DNA of 64,000 nt. Source: Pseudomonadota bacterium. GTDB lineage: Bacteria; Desulfobacterota; Desulfobacteria; Desulfobacterales; Desulfobacteraceae. Made by a program: the position numbers and the translations under genes. Below the pieces are notes generated by a model. It was given only the letters and a program-made list of their open reading frames with translations, made no database searches and was not told the DNA's origin. The stretch is taken from NCBI GenBank assembly GCA_018821535.1, contig JAHJLV010000016.1, positions 116,010 to 180,009 of the forward strand, read 5' to 3'. Shown piece by piece: positions 10,727 to 21,273 of this stretch (the stretch's first letter is position 1; the number at the start of each line of letters is the position of its first letter).

Positions 10727-11035
10727 TCAGGCGTTATTCAAGGCATTTACCATCTGTTCAAGATCATTTATATAGGAATCAAAATTTTCAAGACTTCCCT
10801 GTTTGGCCTGCATTTCCATATCTGCAGACAATCTTGCGATATCCTCAAACCCCATATTTGCTGCAGCGCCTTTAATGGAATGGGATGCGGCAGAAGCATC
10901 CGGGCAGCTTTTCTCGGACAGGCTTTTTTTTATTTTTTCTATATCCCCAAGAGAAGTGGCAACAAAAAGCTCCACCAGTTCCATGAAATCTTCTTCATCG
11001 ATTCCCAGTTTCGATGCCAGATCTTTAAAATCCAT
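10727..11035 (-). CDS. Hpt phosphotransfer protein
   Basis: SHSIKGAAANMG Hpt motif, 102 aa. Confidence 0.9.
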   Translation of the reverse strand: MDFKDLASKLGIDEEDFMELVELFVATSLGDIEKIKKSLSEKSCPDASAASHSIKGAAANMGFEDIARLSADMEMQAKQGSLENFDSYINDLEQMVNALNNA

Positions 11036-11226
11036 AAAAGCTCCTTGTATGCGATTTGAATAATAGAAAAGACAAAATATATTTTTTTAAACTATAGATA
11101 AATTTACGATCAATGTAAACATTCAAATAAAAACATTGCCATTTTAAAAAATACCCTTTAAAAAACCCATTACACTTTATAAAACAAAATCATCATACCT
11201 TTATATTAAAGGAAACGTGTGGGCAA

Positions 11227-11475
11227 ATGAAAAAAGACACGCATCATTTTATACAGAACTACACAGGACTTGGCGCTTTCGGGCTTGACCGTCCAACCGA
11301 TGAAGAAACCATTATGTTTTACCTGCAAAAATTCAGTGAAGACTTGTTTTTGAAAACATTGCTCCCCCGCCTGTCAGACCAGGAACTTGAGGAAATTTAC
11401 CTGTTCGTTAATGAAAAGATCAAACACCATATGACTGAAGATGAATATCACAGCCTGTTTTTAAAGGACAGATAG
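11227..11475 (+). CDS. Small cytoplasmic hypothetical protein
   Basis: 82-aa ORF with protein-like composition (FYLQKFS...LSEDEYH-type motif), recalled as common in sulfate reducers; function not assignable. Confidence 0.7.
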   Translation: MKKDTHHFIQNYTGLGAFGLDRPTDEETIMFYLQKFSEDLFLKTLLPRLSDQELEEIYLFVNEKIKHHMTEDEYHSLFLKDR

Positions 11476-11612
11476 TTAATTTTGGTTATTCTCTGTCAGT
11501 TATATCCATTTTGATCAAATTTTAAAAATATTTCATTGACTCTTTTCTGATATTAACATATTCGGACCTCATTTTAGCGTTCAAGAATTAACTTAATATT
11601 GGAGATATAAAA

Positions 11613-12443
11613 ATGAAAAAAACACACATTTTTCTTGGTTTAATCATCGCTATCCTTATATCCATACCCGGTATCCATGCACAGGCCAGTGACAAGAGCC
11701 TGAAAATGGCAACCACGACCAGCACAGATGGAACAGGCCTTCTGGATTATCTGATTCCGCAATTTAAAAACCAGACCGGAATCGCCCTGGAATGGATTCC
11801 GACAGGAACGGGCAATGCTTTGAAGCTGGGTCAGGATTGTAATGTGGATGTACTTCTGGTCCATGCCCCGGAGGCAGAAGCAGCCTTTATAAAAAGCGGA
11901 TTCGGCAAAGACAGAAAACAGATCATGTACAATGATTTTGTTATCATCGGCCCTGAATCAGACCCGGCCGGAATAAAAGGCAAAAAAGTGTCTGATGCCC
12001 TGGATATCATCAGAACAGGGCAAGCTGTTTTTGTCAGCCGCGGAGACGATTCCGGCACCCACAAAAAAGAAAAACAGTTGTGGCAGTCAACCCGAAAACC
12101 GCTTCCTGAAAAAGAAGCCTGGTACCTTCAGATTGGTAAAGGCATGCAGGCCACGATCCTGTTATGTGAAGAAAAAAAAGGATATACCATGACAGACCGG
12201 GGCTCCTATATCAAATACCAGTCTGTGCAGAACAACACTGCCCCCTTGAAAATCCTGATTGAAGGCGATGATATTCTTTTAAATCAATACAGCGTGCTTA
12301 CCCTTGATCCCAAGAACTGTCCCCATGCAAAATATGACCTGGCGCTGGAATTTTTGAACTGGATGGCGTCACCCGGCACCCAGAAGCTGATCGGCGATTT
12401 CAAACTTCTGGGACAAACACTGTTTGTGCCCAATGCGCAATAA
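11613..12443 (+). CDS. tupA: Tungstate ABC transporter substrate-binding protein
   Basis: TTTS motif (ATTTSTDGTGLL), GTGNAL, SRGDDSGTH. Confidence 0.92.
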   Translation: MKKTHIFLGLIIAILISIPGIHAQASDKSLKMATTTSTDGTGLLDYLIPQFKNQTGIALEWIPTGTGNALKLGQDCNVDVLLVHAPEAEAAFIKSGFGKDRKQIMYNDFVIIGPESDPAGIKGKKVSDALDIIRTGQAVFVSRGDDSGTHKKEKQLWQSTRKPLPEKEAWYLQIGKGMQATILLCEEKKGYTMTDRGSYIKYQSVQNNTAPLKILIEGDDILLNQYSVLTLDPKNCPHAKYDLALEFLNWMASPGTQKLIGDFKLLGQTLFVPNAQ

Positions 12444-12465
12444 TTAAAAAACAGCAAGGGAAACC

Positions 12466-13152
12466 ATGGATTTTATTGCAACCGGTTTCATCAAGGCGAT
12501 TGAACTTTTAATCAGTGGTGATGCTGCAACCTGGAGTGCAATCCTTGCAACCTTGAAAGTATCGACCTGCTCCATGGCATTCAGCCTTGGCGCAGGTCTT
12601 CCCTGTGGATTTCTCATCGGTTATTTTGATTTCAAAGGCAAAAAACAGCTTCGCACCCTTTTGGATACCCTGCTTTCGCTTCCCACGGTTTTCATCGGGC
12701 TTGTGGTCTATGCCTTTATCACCCACCGCGGCCCTCTGGGTGAATTCGGATTTTTATTTACCCTTACGGGCATTGCCATTGGCCAGACCATTTTAGCATT
12801 TCCCGTTGTCACTGCCATAACAGCTGCCACCATTGAAGGCATGGACAAGGAGCTGAAACTGACACTGATCACCCTGGGGGCCGGCAAACGCAATATCCTG
12901 ATGACCTGCCTGTGGGAAGTCCGGTATGGTATTCTGGCAGCCGGGGTCATGGCCTATGGCAGGGTGATGACAGAGGTCGGCATTTCCATGATGGTGGGCG
13001 GTAATATCAAATACAATACCCGGACCATTACCACTGCCATTGCCCTTGAAACCAACAAGGGTCAGTTTGCAGACGGCATTGCGCTGGGACTTGTCCTCAT
13101 GCTGATTGCATTTATTGTTAATCTGTCTGTATCTTTTTTAAGGAAACAATAA
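12466..13152 (+). CDS. tupB: Tungstate ABC transporter permease
   Basis: LLSLPTVFIGL, EVGISMMVGGNIKYNTRTITTAIALET. Confidence 0.92.
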   Translation: MDFIATGFIKAIELLISGDAATWSAILATLKVSTCSMAFSLGAGLPCGFLIGYFDFKGKKQLRTLLDTLLSLPTVFIGLVVYAFITHRGPLGEFGFLFTLTGIAIGQTILAFPVVTAITAATIEGMDKELKLTLITLGAGKRNILMTCLWEVRYGILAAGVMAYGRVMTEVGISMMVGGNIKYNTRTITTAIALETNKGQFADGIALGLVLMLIAFIVNLSVSFLRKQ

Positions 13153-14165
13153 TGCCAGAGGCTGTTGCATACCAGTTGAAGAATATCCGTCATTATTATG
13201 AAAACACCTGTGCCTTGAATGTGGATGAACTGCAGATTGCCAAAGGGTCCATCACAGGGCTTATCGGGCCAAACGGCAGTGGAAAGACAACCCTTTTAAA
13301 GCTGCTGGCCTTTGCCATGCCCCCTTCTTGCGGAGACATCTTTTACAACGGGAAAAAAGAAGGATGCTTTTCGCCGGTGGTCCGATCAAAAATAACCCTG
13401 CTCACCCAGAAGCCCTACCTTTTAAAACGCAGTGTTTTTGAAAATATTGCCTATGGCCTGAAAATCCGCAAAGACTGCCGGAATTTAGATTCCAGAATCA
13501 GAACTGCACTGGCATATGTGGGACTGGACCATGCACAATTTGCACAGCGGAAATGGCATCAACTGTCCGGCGGAGAAGCCCAGCGGGTGGCAATGGCCGC
13601 GCGCCTGATCCTGAAACCCGAAGTGCTGCTGCTGGACGAGCCCGTTGCAAGTGTTGATACCCAAAGCGCCAGACTGATCCGTACAGCTTCCTTAAATGCC
13701 CGGGACCAATGGGGAACCACGCTTGTGATTGCCAGCCACGATCTGCAGTGGCTGTATTCCATCAGCGACAGCCAGCTGTCCATCTCAAACGGGAATATTT
13801 TTGCCACCGGCATAGAAAATATCATCCCCGGTCCTTTTGAAGAAACCAGGGAAAAAACTGTCATCAAAAAACTGGAAGACGGACAGATTCTTACACTTAA
13901 AAAACCTGAAAATAAAAAAAATACCGCCATGATTAAAAAAGACTGCCTGCGGATAAAAGAAGACAATGGATCAGACAATCAATTGTCCGGGCAGATTATT
14001 TCCATGCTTGCAGGAGAAAAAAGCAGTCATGTGCTGACACATATCTGTGTTCAGGAACTGTCCTTTACCCTGAAACTGGTTCCGGATCAGATATGCCGCA
14101 TGAATCTGTATCCGGGCAAAAATATTGTTCTGCAATTTGATTCCACTGATGTGGAGTGGATTTAA
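13152..14165 (+). CDS. tupC: Tungstate ABC transporter ATPase with C-terminal TOBE-like region
   Basis: GPNGSGKTT, LSGGEAQRV, LLDEP; follows tupAB. Confidence 0.88.
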   Translation: MPEAVAYQLKNIRHYYENTCALNVDELQIAKGSITGLIGPNGSGKTTLLKLLAFAMPPSCGDIFYNGKKEGCFSPVVRSKITLLTQKPYLLKRSVFENIAYGLKIRKDCRNLDSRIRTALAYVGLDHAQFAQRKWHQLSGGEAQRVAMAARLILKPEVLLLDEPVASVDTQSARLIRTASLNARDQWGTTLVIASHDLQWLYSISDSQLSISNGNIFATGIENIIPGPFEETREKTVIKKLEDGQILTLKKPENKKNTAMIKKDCLRIKEDNGSDNQLSGQIISMLAGEKSSHVLTHICVQELSFTLKLVPDQICRMNLYPGKNIVLQFDSTDVEWI

Positions 14166-14168
14166 ACC

Positions 14169-15380
14169 CTATTCTGTATCCTTTTTTAAAACCAGAAAAT
14201 ACATCCTGCCCCGGGTATTCATGTGTCCTGCTGTAAATTCCGCATAGTTTCCATTGCCGCAGAAAATATCTGCTCTTGCCGGCCCTTTTATGGCCCCGCC
14301 CGTGTCCTGGTTCATGGCAAAAAAAGAAGCTGTTTCCCATTCTTTCAGCGGCCGGATATCAGCAGGATCAGGCAAATACGCCTGTAAAAAACACAAAGCG
14401 CCTTTGGGAAACAAGCTAGCGTCTGTGGCAATGGAACGAAAGGCAGTCACTTCCACGCCGATACTGCCGAAAGGCCCGCCCTGTCCTTCCTGGAAAAACA
14501 CAAAACTTTCATTCTGGTGCAGCACTTCATCCATCCGGTCGGGATTCTGTTCAAGCCATTCCCGGATGGCCTGCATGGACATTCTTTCTTTAGGAATTTC
14601 TCCAATATCAATAAGATATCGGCCGATTGAACTATAGGCGTTTCCATTGTTTGTGGCATAATGCACCCGGACCTGGTCTCCGGTATTCAGAATCACCCGC
14701 CCTGAACCCTGGATTTCCAGAAAAAAACGATCCACCCGGCTTTTGAGCCATACCACCGGCACAGACCGGTCATGAAAATCCTGCAGCTGATTGATCTGCT
14801 CCCGGGAATAATACGGCACCACTTTTTTTTGGGCAGTATCCACCCGTGCCATTAACCGTTTATGCCCTTCATATTTTTCAGAAAATTCAGACAAATTGAT
14901 TTCCACCAGATCATCTGGCCGCCCATACAGCGGATACGCATAGATATCTGTTTTTTCAAGACTGCCCGGGTAAATCGGTTCATAATATCCGGTAAAAAGC
15001 ACCTCTCCCGCTTCATTGCCCACAGACGCATATACAAAAAAACTGGATTCAATAAACCGGTTCAGTTCATGGGGGTCGGGGTTGTCCTGTATAAAATTCT
15101 TAAAGGTTTCCAGAGATTCAATCATGTGGGCTGCTGTAAAAACATCACCGTCATACTGATACCTGCGGTCCATGGGCACCCGGTTAAAATAAATCAGACT
15201 CTGATCAATGGATGCCATCAGCCCGTTAAAATCCAGATGATCTGCAAACTCAGGATATTGAGAAGGATTGAGTTTTTTTAAAGACGTAAAAGAAGTAACG
15301 TCTTTTACACCTTTGGTGGAACAACCGCCAAGTCCTGCAACAAAAACAGCCAGGCAGAACAGACAGGCACATAATTTCAT
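14169..15380 (-). CDS. mltA: Membrane-bound lytic murein transglycosylase A (lipoprotein)
   Basis: LFTGYYEP, FFLEIQGSG, YSSIG, QDTGGAIKG, RADIFCG; lipobox LGGC after the refined start MKLCA at 15380. Confidence 0.9.
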   Translation of the reverse strand: MKLCACLFCLAVFVAGLGGCSTKGVKDVTSFTSLKKLNPSQYPEFADHLDFNGLMASIDQSLIYFNRVPMDRRYQYDGDVFTAAHMIESLETFKNFIQDNPDPHELNRFIESSFFVYASVGNEAGEVLFTGYYEPIYPGSLEKTDIYAYPLYGRPDDLVEINLSEFSEKYEGHKRLMARVDTAQKKVVPYYSREQINQLQDFHDRSVPVVWLKSRVDRFFLEIQGSGRVILNTGDQVRVHYATNNGNAYSSIGRYLIDIGEIPKERMSMQAIREWLEQNPDRMDEVLHQNESFVFFQEGQGGPFGSIGVEVTAFRSIATDASLFPKGALCFLQAYLPDPADIRPLKEWETASFFAMNQDTGGAIKGPARADIFCGNGNYAEFTAGHMNTRGRMYFLVLKKDTE

Positions 15381-15384
15381 AATA

Positions 15385-16575
15385 TTATTCAACATCCTGA
15401 TATCGTGTATTAAATTGTCTGGTAAATGTTTTTTCTTCATCCAGGGCCTGGACATCTTCCATTTCAAGGGAAGACACTTCAAAATTCTGAAGTTTTCTTG
15501 CAGTTGCCATGACCCGGTTTTCCATGACACCCACTGTCCGGTTATACGTGACTGCACATTTTTCAATATCTTTTCCCAGCCGGTTAACATGCTCTGTCAT
15601 ACTGCACAGCCGGGTAAACAGTTCTTTGCCCAGCATCCGGATCTCCTCTGAGTTTTCATAACTTTTCTTTTGCTTCCAGGAATAGGAAACTGCTTTGAGC
15701 AAGGCAATCAGTGTAGTCGGAGTTGCTAAAATTACCCCTTTTTCCACACCTTTGTCAATCAGATCCGGATTCACACTTAAAGCAGCTGAGAAAAAATTTT
15801 CTCCGGGAATGAACAGCACCACAAATTCAGGACTGGGTGAAATCTGTTCAAAATAGGATTTGGAGGACAGATTCAGAATGTGCTGCATCACCTGCCGGCC
15901 GTGATTTTTCATCCGCTCCTGACGTTCTGTTTCGTTGGGGGCCTCAAGCGCATCCAGATAGGCCATCAGGGGAACTTTGGCATCAATAATGATTTTACGG
16001 TTTTCCGGCAACGTCACCACCATGTCCGGACGGACAGACCCTTTTGTATTTCCTGCAGTGGTGTTTGTGCAGGAAAGCTGTTCAATAAAATCACAGTGCT
16101 CAGCCATTCCTGCCAGATCCGCCACCCGCCGAAGGGTGGTTTCCCCCCAGCGCCCCCGCACATGGGGCACCCGCAACGCCTTGACCAGGTTTCCGGTTTC
16201 CACCTGAAGCAGCCCCTGGGTCCGGCTCATTTCCAAAAGTTTTTCCGTAATGGAGCCATAGGCTTTTTCCCGGTCCTTTTCCATGATATTCAGCCGGGTT
16301 TCGTATTTATCAAGGGTCTGACGGACTGGTTCAACTGTTTTTAAAATTTCATCCCCCTTGATATCAAAATCTTTTCTGGCTTCCCGGATATAAGAGGCAA
16401 AATATTTATCTGCCAGTGCCATGAACTGCTTTGAATTATCAAACAGGGCTTCGCTGGAGGCATGTTTTATTTTTTTAAATAAAAACCCGCTGCCGAACCG
16501 TGCAAGAAAAGCGCAGACCAACACTCCGGCCGCAAATCCGATCCCCAGCCAGATCAGATGATCCATGGTGATCAT
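15385..16575 (-). CDS. rmuC: DNA recombination protein RmuC
   Basis: RGRWGE, RPDMVVTLP, IIDAKVP, PEFVVLFIPGE, LATPTTL. Confidence 0.93.
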   Translation of the reverse strand: MITMDHLIWLGIGFAAGVLVCAFLARFGSGFLFKKIKHASSEALFDNSKQFMALADKYFASYIREARKDFDIKGDEILKTVEPVRQTLDKYETRLNIMEKDREKAYGSITEKLLEMSRTQGLLQVETGNLVKALRVPHVRGRWGETTLRRVADLAGMAEHCDFIEQLSCTNTTAGNTKGSVRPDMVVTLPENRKIIIDAKVPLMAYLDALEAPNETERQERMKNHGRQVMQHILNLSSKSYFEQISPSPEFVVLFIPGENFFSAALSVNPDLIDKGVEKGVILATPTTLIALLKAVSYSWKQKKSYENSEEIRMLGKELFTRLCSMTEHVNRLGKDIEKCAVTYNRTVGVMENRVMATARKLQNFEVSSLEMEDVQALDEEKTFTRQFNTRYQDVE

Positions 16576-16576
16576 A

Positions 16577-17053
16577 TTATTGTGCAGTATAGGTTCCGCT
16601 TTTGCCTCCGGACTTGGATCTTAAATGAATATCTGTAATTTTCATGGATTTATCATAGGATTTGCACATATCATAAATGGTTAAGGCTGCCACAGAAACT
16701 GCTGTCAAGGCCTCCATCTCCACACCGGTTTTTCCGGTTAACGACACCTGAGCGTCAATCTCAATGGCAGATGCTTGTATGTCAAAAGAAAAATCAATCT
16801 GAACATGGGTGATATTCAGCGGGTGGCACATGGGGATCAAATCCCAGGTTTTCTTTGCGGCCATGACCCCGGCAATCCTTGCGGTTTCAAGGACATTGCC
16901 TTTTTTGACCTTTTCATCCATGATCCGTTCAAGGGTGTCTTTTTCCATCACCACCCGGCCTTTGGCAACCGCTGTTCGACTGGTTTCAGGCTTCTGGCCC
17001 ACATCCACCATCCTGACAGATCCGTTTTTATCCAGATGGGTAAACTCTTCCAT
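16577..17053 (-). CDS. moaC: Cyclic pyranopterin monophosphate synthase
   Basis: FTHLD...RMVDV, LIPMCHPL, TGVEMEAL, KSGGKSG. Confidence 0.97.
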   Translation of the reverse strand: MEEFTHLDKNGSVRMVDVGQKPETSRTAVAKGRVVMEKDTLERIMDEKVKKGNVLETARIAGVMAAKKTWDLIPMCHPLNITHVQIDFSFDIQASAIEIDAQVSLTGKTGVEMEALTAVSVAALTIYDMCKSYDKSMKITDIHLRSKSGGKSGTYTAQ

Positions 17054-17055
17054 GA

Positions 17056-17421
17056 TCAGGCCTCTTTAAAAAACTGTTCTTTTTTCGTTGCAAAAGACTT
17101 TATCTGATTCAGCGTGTCTGTCAGTGTCTTGATCACGGTTTCCCGAATATCTCCGGCCACAACAATGAACATGACATCATCTCCCACCATAAGATTTCTG
17201 CCTTCATTGATCCAGACAAGAATATCAACAATCCCCGGAACCTTCTTTTGCTCCCGGATAATCTTTTCCAGTATTGCGTGATCCACATCCACCCTGAGGC
17301 CGTTTACCTGCCTTCCATCTCTTGAGGTTTCCCGCACCACACCGTTATGACACAAAATCATCCCGGCTTTATGATACTCCGGGTGCTGTTTCATCTGATC
17401 CAGTAATTGAATCATCTCCAT
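17056..17421 (-). CDS. moaE: Molybdopterin synthase catalytic subunit MoaE-like
   Basis: GMILCHNGVVR, VGDDVMFIVVAGDIR; lies between mobA and moaC. Confidence 0.75.
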   Translation of the reverse strand: MEMIQLLDQMKQHPEYHKAGMILCHNGVVRETSRDGRQVNGLRVDVDHAILEKIIREQKKVPGIVDILVWINEGRNLMVGDDVMFIVVAGDIRETVIKTLTDTLNQIKSFATKKEQFFKEA

Positions 17422-18046
17422 ATGTGACCCCCCTTGCTGTTTTTTTAGTTTCAGCCATCATCTGCCTGGCGATTTCAAGATCTTCGGGCGTATTAATGTT
17501 AAAAGAAAACCGCATCTCCGGATCAAAGTTCTGCAATTCATCCACAGGAATCTCTTTCACCTTTTTTTTTCTGAAAATTTTTTTAATCATAAATATATTG
17601 TTTTCAAGATTTTCTTCAATCCGGGGAATACATCTTTTTGAATACACAGCAGACAAGGGTTCAAGCCCGTCCGGGGTTCTGGGTACAATCACATCACATC
17701 CGGGCTGTATTTTACCGACAATATGCTGTATCAGTTCAGGATTTAAAAAAGGTGTATCACAGGCCGTGACATATGCATATGGAAATGATGCATAAAAAAG
17801 ACCGGCATGTATCCCTGCAAGCGCGCACCGGGAAGGAATAATATCTGTTACCAGGGTCATATTCCATCCGGCAAATTCCTGCGGCTCATTCACCACTATT
17901 ATAACTTCTTTAAATAATTCAACAAAAATCTCATATATGCCTTCTATGATCATGGTATTGCCAATCATCCGGAATGCCTTTTTTCTGCCTGGAAACCTGC
18001 GGTTGAGTCCGCCCGCAAGGATCACGCCGGTACAATCAAATCTCAT
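17369..18046 (-). CDS. mobA: Molybdenum cofactor guanylyltransferase
   Basis: GVILAGG..R, ALAGIHAGL, ACDTPF, FNINTPEDL; start refined to MRFDC at 18046. Confidence 0.9.
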   Translation of the reverse strand: MRFDCTGVILAGGLNRRFPGRKKAFRMIGNTMIIEGIYEIFVELFKEVIIVVNEPQEFAGWNMTLVTDIIPSRCALAGIHAGLFYASFPYAYVTACDTPFLNPELIQHIVGKIQPGCDVIVPRTPDGLEPLSAVYSKRCIPRIEENLENNIFMIKKIFRKKKVKEIPVDELQNFDPEMRFSFNINTPEDLEIARQMMAETKKTARGVTYGDDSITGSDETAPGVS

Positions 18047-18184
18047 TTCATCCTGTCCTGCTCTATAATAATTTTCATCTTCCCTTGAATTATAGCAAGT
18101 CAAAGTTAAAATCAAGGTGTTGCCCCCCATAAAAAAAGATGATACACATTCTAAAATACCATAAATAAAGGGAAGACCGTCAGT

Positions 18185-18721
18185 ATGAAAACAAAAAGAA
18201 ACATCCTGAGTTCTCAGGATTTCAAACGGATCATCACCAGGATATCCCATGAAATCATAGAAAAACACAAAGGAACAGAAAATCTGGCCCTTGTGGGAAT
18301 ACAGACGCGAGGGGATTTCCTTGCCAAACGGCTGGCAGACCAGATTCAGAGCATTGAAAATGTCACCCTTCCCGTTGGCAGCATGGACATTAACATGTAC
18401 CGGGACGACTGGACCAAAATCACCCGCCAGCCCACGGTCCGCCCTTCCAATATCCCCTTTTCCGTTGATGACATGGAAATCATCCTTGTGGATGATGTGT
18501 TATTCACGGGCAGAACCATCCGGGCTGCCATGGATGCGCTCATGGATTTTGGCAGACCTTCACGGATAGAACTGGCCATTCTGGTGGACAGAGGGCACAG
18601 AGAACTGCCTATCCAGGCAGACTATAAAGGTATCTTTGTCGACACCGAACACCAGGAAAAGATCTGTGTGCTGGTTGAAGAACACGATAAACAGGATATT
18701 GTTTTCATAGAACAGGATTGA
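18185..18721 (+). CDS. pyrR: Bifunctional pyrimidine regulator / uracil phosphoribosyltransferase
   Basis: RISHEIIE, GIQTRG, LVDDVLFTGRTIRAAMDAL, LVDRGHRELPIQAD. Confidence 0.93.
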   Translation: MKTKRNILSSQDFKRIITRISHEIIEKHKGTENLALVGIQTRGDFLAKRLADQIQSIENVTLPVGSMDINMYRDDWTKITRQPTVRPSNIPFSVDDMEIILVDDVLFTGRTIRAAMDALMDFGRPSRIELAILVDRGHRELPIQADYKGIFVDTEHQEKICVLVEEHDKQDIVFIEQD

Positions 18722-18726
18722 TTCCC

Positions 18727-19230
18727 ATGAGCACCCGCCTGCACAAAAAAAATATGCCTGGCAATCTCAGGATTGCTGTTGTCTCTGTGTCCACCACCCG
18801 GAAGCTTGCCGAAGATGTTTCCGGCGCATGGATCAAAAAACAGGCAAAAAAAGAAAAACATGAAGTTGTCATCCATCAGACCGTTACAGACGACATCGCT
18901 GCCATTACAGAACTCACCTGCCATATCACTGAAAAAATCTGCCCGGATATTGTCATCATGTCAGGGGGAACAGGCATCAGCCCCATGGATGTCACCATAG
19001 AAGCGGTCAAACCCTTGTTTAAAAAGGAACTCACCGCATTTGGCCCGCTGTTTACACAACTGAGCTTTGAACAGATAGACTCTGCTGCCATTCTCTCCCG
19101 CGCCACCGCCGGAATCATCAATCAAAGCATTGTCTTCTGCATTCCCGGCAGTCTCAACGCCTGTAAACTGGCCTGTAATAATCTGATTTTCCCTGAAATG
19201 GGACATTTGTTAAAACATATCAAGGAGTAA
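18727..19230 (+). CDS. moaB: MoaB/Mog molybdopterin adenylyltransferase family
   Basis: DVSG, SGGTG...DVTIEA, SRATAG, PGS motifs. Confidence 0.8.
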   Translation: MSTRLHKKNMPGNLRIAVVSVSTTRKLAEDVSGAWIKKQAKKEKHEVVIHQTVTDDIAAITELTCHITEKICPDIVIMSGGTGISPMDVTIEAVKPLFKKELTAFGPLFTQLSFEQIDSAAILSRATAGIINQSIVFCIPGSLNACKLACNNLIFPEMGHLLKHIKE

Positions 19231-19235
19231 AAAAT

Positions 19236-19640
19236 ATGAAAAAAATAGACACCTTTATCGACGCTTGGGCTGAAACGGAATCCAAAACCAGGCAGGCGTT
19301 TATCGAAATTTACACCCACCTGAAAACCCTTGAAAACACCACACTTGAATTTAACGAAAGACCCGGCGTAAGTTATTCGCTTCGTCCAAAACATACAAGC
19401 CAGAAAAACCGGTCGCTGTTTGCCATGGTGGATGTCATTGATGATGATCCGGATGAACGCTGGCTGTCCGTGTGTTTTTACGGTGAAATGATCACTGATC
19501 CGGATGAGGCAGGCGATCTGATCCCGGAAGGGCTTTTAGGTGAAGACGGCTACTGTTTTGACCTGTATGAATATGACACGGATGAAATTGACTATTTAAA
19601 ACAGCGCCTGACCCAGGCACACAAAAACGCCCGGGAATAA
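19236..19640 (+). CDS. Hypothetical acidic protein
   Basis: 134-aa ORF with a GGAG SD; RPGVSYSLR and RWLSVCFY segments look conserved; no family recognised. Confidence 0.7.
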   Translation: MKKIDTFIDAWAETESKTRQAFIEIYTHLKTLENTTLEFNERPGVSYSLRPKHTSQKNRSLFAMVDVIDDDPDERWLSVCFYGEMITDPDEAGDLIPEGLLGEDGYCFDLYEYDTDEIDYLKQRLTQAHKNARE

Positions 19641-19650
19641 ACTTTTCCCC

Positions 19651-19684
19651 CTGCAAACGGACAACCCTCCGTTTGCAGACTTTC
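19651..19684 (+). terminator. Probable intrinsic terminator
   Basis: CTGCAAACGG-N8-CCGTTTGCAG 10-bp stem immediately after the 19236-19640 stop; short T tail. Confidence 0.5.
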
Positions 19685-19887
19685 CAATCCACATTAAAAC
19701 CACGTCGGGACAATCATCTGTAACCGACAGGGCGAAGCTATATTCTTGAAAATGGTTGGTTGTTAGCACTTAAACAAAGAGCGATAAGATGGCTTAAAAT
19801 AATTTAATATTTTCTAACATCTTCCGAAAGCAATATTTATAAACTTCTCAGATGTATTAAACCACACCCTCCCCAAAAGATAAACTT

Positions 19888-21273
19888 ATGAAGAACGTTA
19901 TTTATAAAGCGTATCAGAAGATTGCAAAAAAATTTAAAGAGATGCCACTGGACATACACTTCCGTGAGATACTAACTGGCAGTGCAGTCACCTTTTTGCT
20001 TAAAATGTCTGGCATGCTGCTGAGTTATATACTGATGGTTATAATCTCTCAACAATATGGTGCGGAAGGTGTTGGACTTTACAACATTTCCATCAGTGTA
20101 ATGATGCTTATCTCAATGATGGCCATGTTGGGGTTGAATGTTTCCATTTTACGATATGTTGGACAATTTAATCAAACTGCTCAAATGCATAAGGTGAAGT
20201 TGCTCTACCATAATGCAATTGAAATCACATTACCCATTTCAATCGCATTATCCTTCCTCCTATATCTGTATGCTTCTGAAATAGCCACCTACTTTTTTAA
20301 AAATACTCTATATCGACAAGCTCTTATATTTATTTCAATAATTTTACCGTTCTATATCTTGCAAGATATCAGTGTTGAGTTTATACGCGGCCTTAAAAAA
20401 CTAAATGTTTCTGAATATTTACGTAGTGTGAATAGGCCACTTCTCAGCATAGTTTTTCTGACAGTTCTACTGGGGATATTTAAAAGCAACATCATGCTAC
20501 CCCTCTACACATTAGGAGCTGGCATTGTATTCGGCGCAACCTATGCGTTTTTATTTATAAAAAAACATCTTTACCACGTCAGGGATACAAATCCAGAAAA
20601 AATCTCTAAAAAGGAGTTAATCACCACATCACTTCCAATGATGCTGACAACCATTGCATCGTTTGCAATGGGGAATATTTCGCTTTTTTTGTTGGAATTC
20701 TACTCGACTACAAAGATTGCGGGGATTTTCAGTGTTGCCTTTAAACTGTCCATGCTTATCAACATCGTTTTAGTTGTAATTAATACAATCTCTGCACCAA
20801 AATTTTCAGAACTTTTCTGGGCCAATAAACATAAAGAACTTCAAGTTGTACTGGACCATTCTGCAAGATTAATATTTATAAGTTCAAGCATCATAGCTTT
20901 AATGATCCTGGGACTAAACAAATTCCTGCTTTCAATATTTGGGGCAGAATTTATGCAGGGAAATATTGTATTAATTATTCTGGTCATTGCTCAAATGATA
21001 AATGCTATGACTGGATCAGTAGGTGTGTTCATGAATATGACCGGCAACCAGAAAGCGCTTAGAAATATCTTTCTTTTAGCATTGTTGACTAATATTATCT
21101 CTCAAATACTCCTCATCCCATCCTATGGTTATGAGGGGGCTGCATTTGGAACAATGGTTGGTGCAATTGTGGTAAATTTACTGTCGGTGATATATGTCCG
21201 GCGCCGATTGGGCTTTAGGACCTACTATAATCCGATTTTAAAATATCAAAACACCAATAAGGACAGCAAATGA
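19888..21273 (+). CDS. wzx: Wzx-type polysaccharide flippase
   Basis: Multi-TM protein, [29 protein letters not shown] motifs; first gene of the EPS cluster. Confidence 0.85.
   Translation: MKNVIYKAYQKIAKKFKEMPLDIHFREILTGSAVTFLLKMSGMLLSYILMVIISQQYGAEGVGLYNISISVMMLISMMAMLGLNVSILRYVGQFNQTAQMHKVKLLYHNAIEITLPISIALSFLLYLYASEIATYFFKNTLYRQALIFISIILPFYILQDISVEFIRGLKKLNVSEYLRSVNRPLLSIVFLTVLLGIFKSNIMLPLYTLGAGIVFGATYAFLFIKKHLYHVRDTNPEKISKKELITTSLPMMLTTIASFAMGNISLFLLEFYSTTKIAGIFSVAFKLSMLINIVLVVINTISAPKFSELFWANKHKELQVVLDHSARLIFISSSIIALMILGLNKFLLSIFGAEFMQGNIVLIILVIAQMINAMTGSVGVFMNMTGNQKALRNIFLLALLTNIISQILLIPSYGYEGAAFGTMVGAIVVNLLSVIYVRRRLGFRTYYNPILKYQNTNKDSK

Noticed and set aside
15381-15590. Long N-terminal extensions of mltA (and of mobA, 18047-18268)
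   Set aside because: They overlap neighbouring genes; the downstream ATGs give the lipobox and the family N-terminus
19726-19740. ops/JUMPStart-like element (GACAGGGCGAAGCTA) before the EPS operon
   Set aside because: Does not match the GGCGGTAG core
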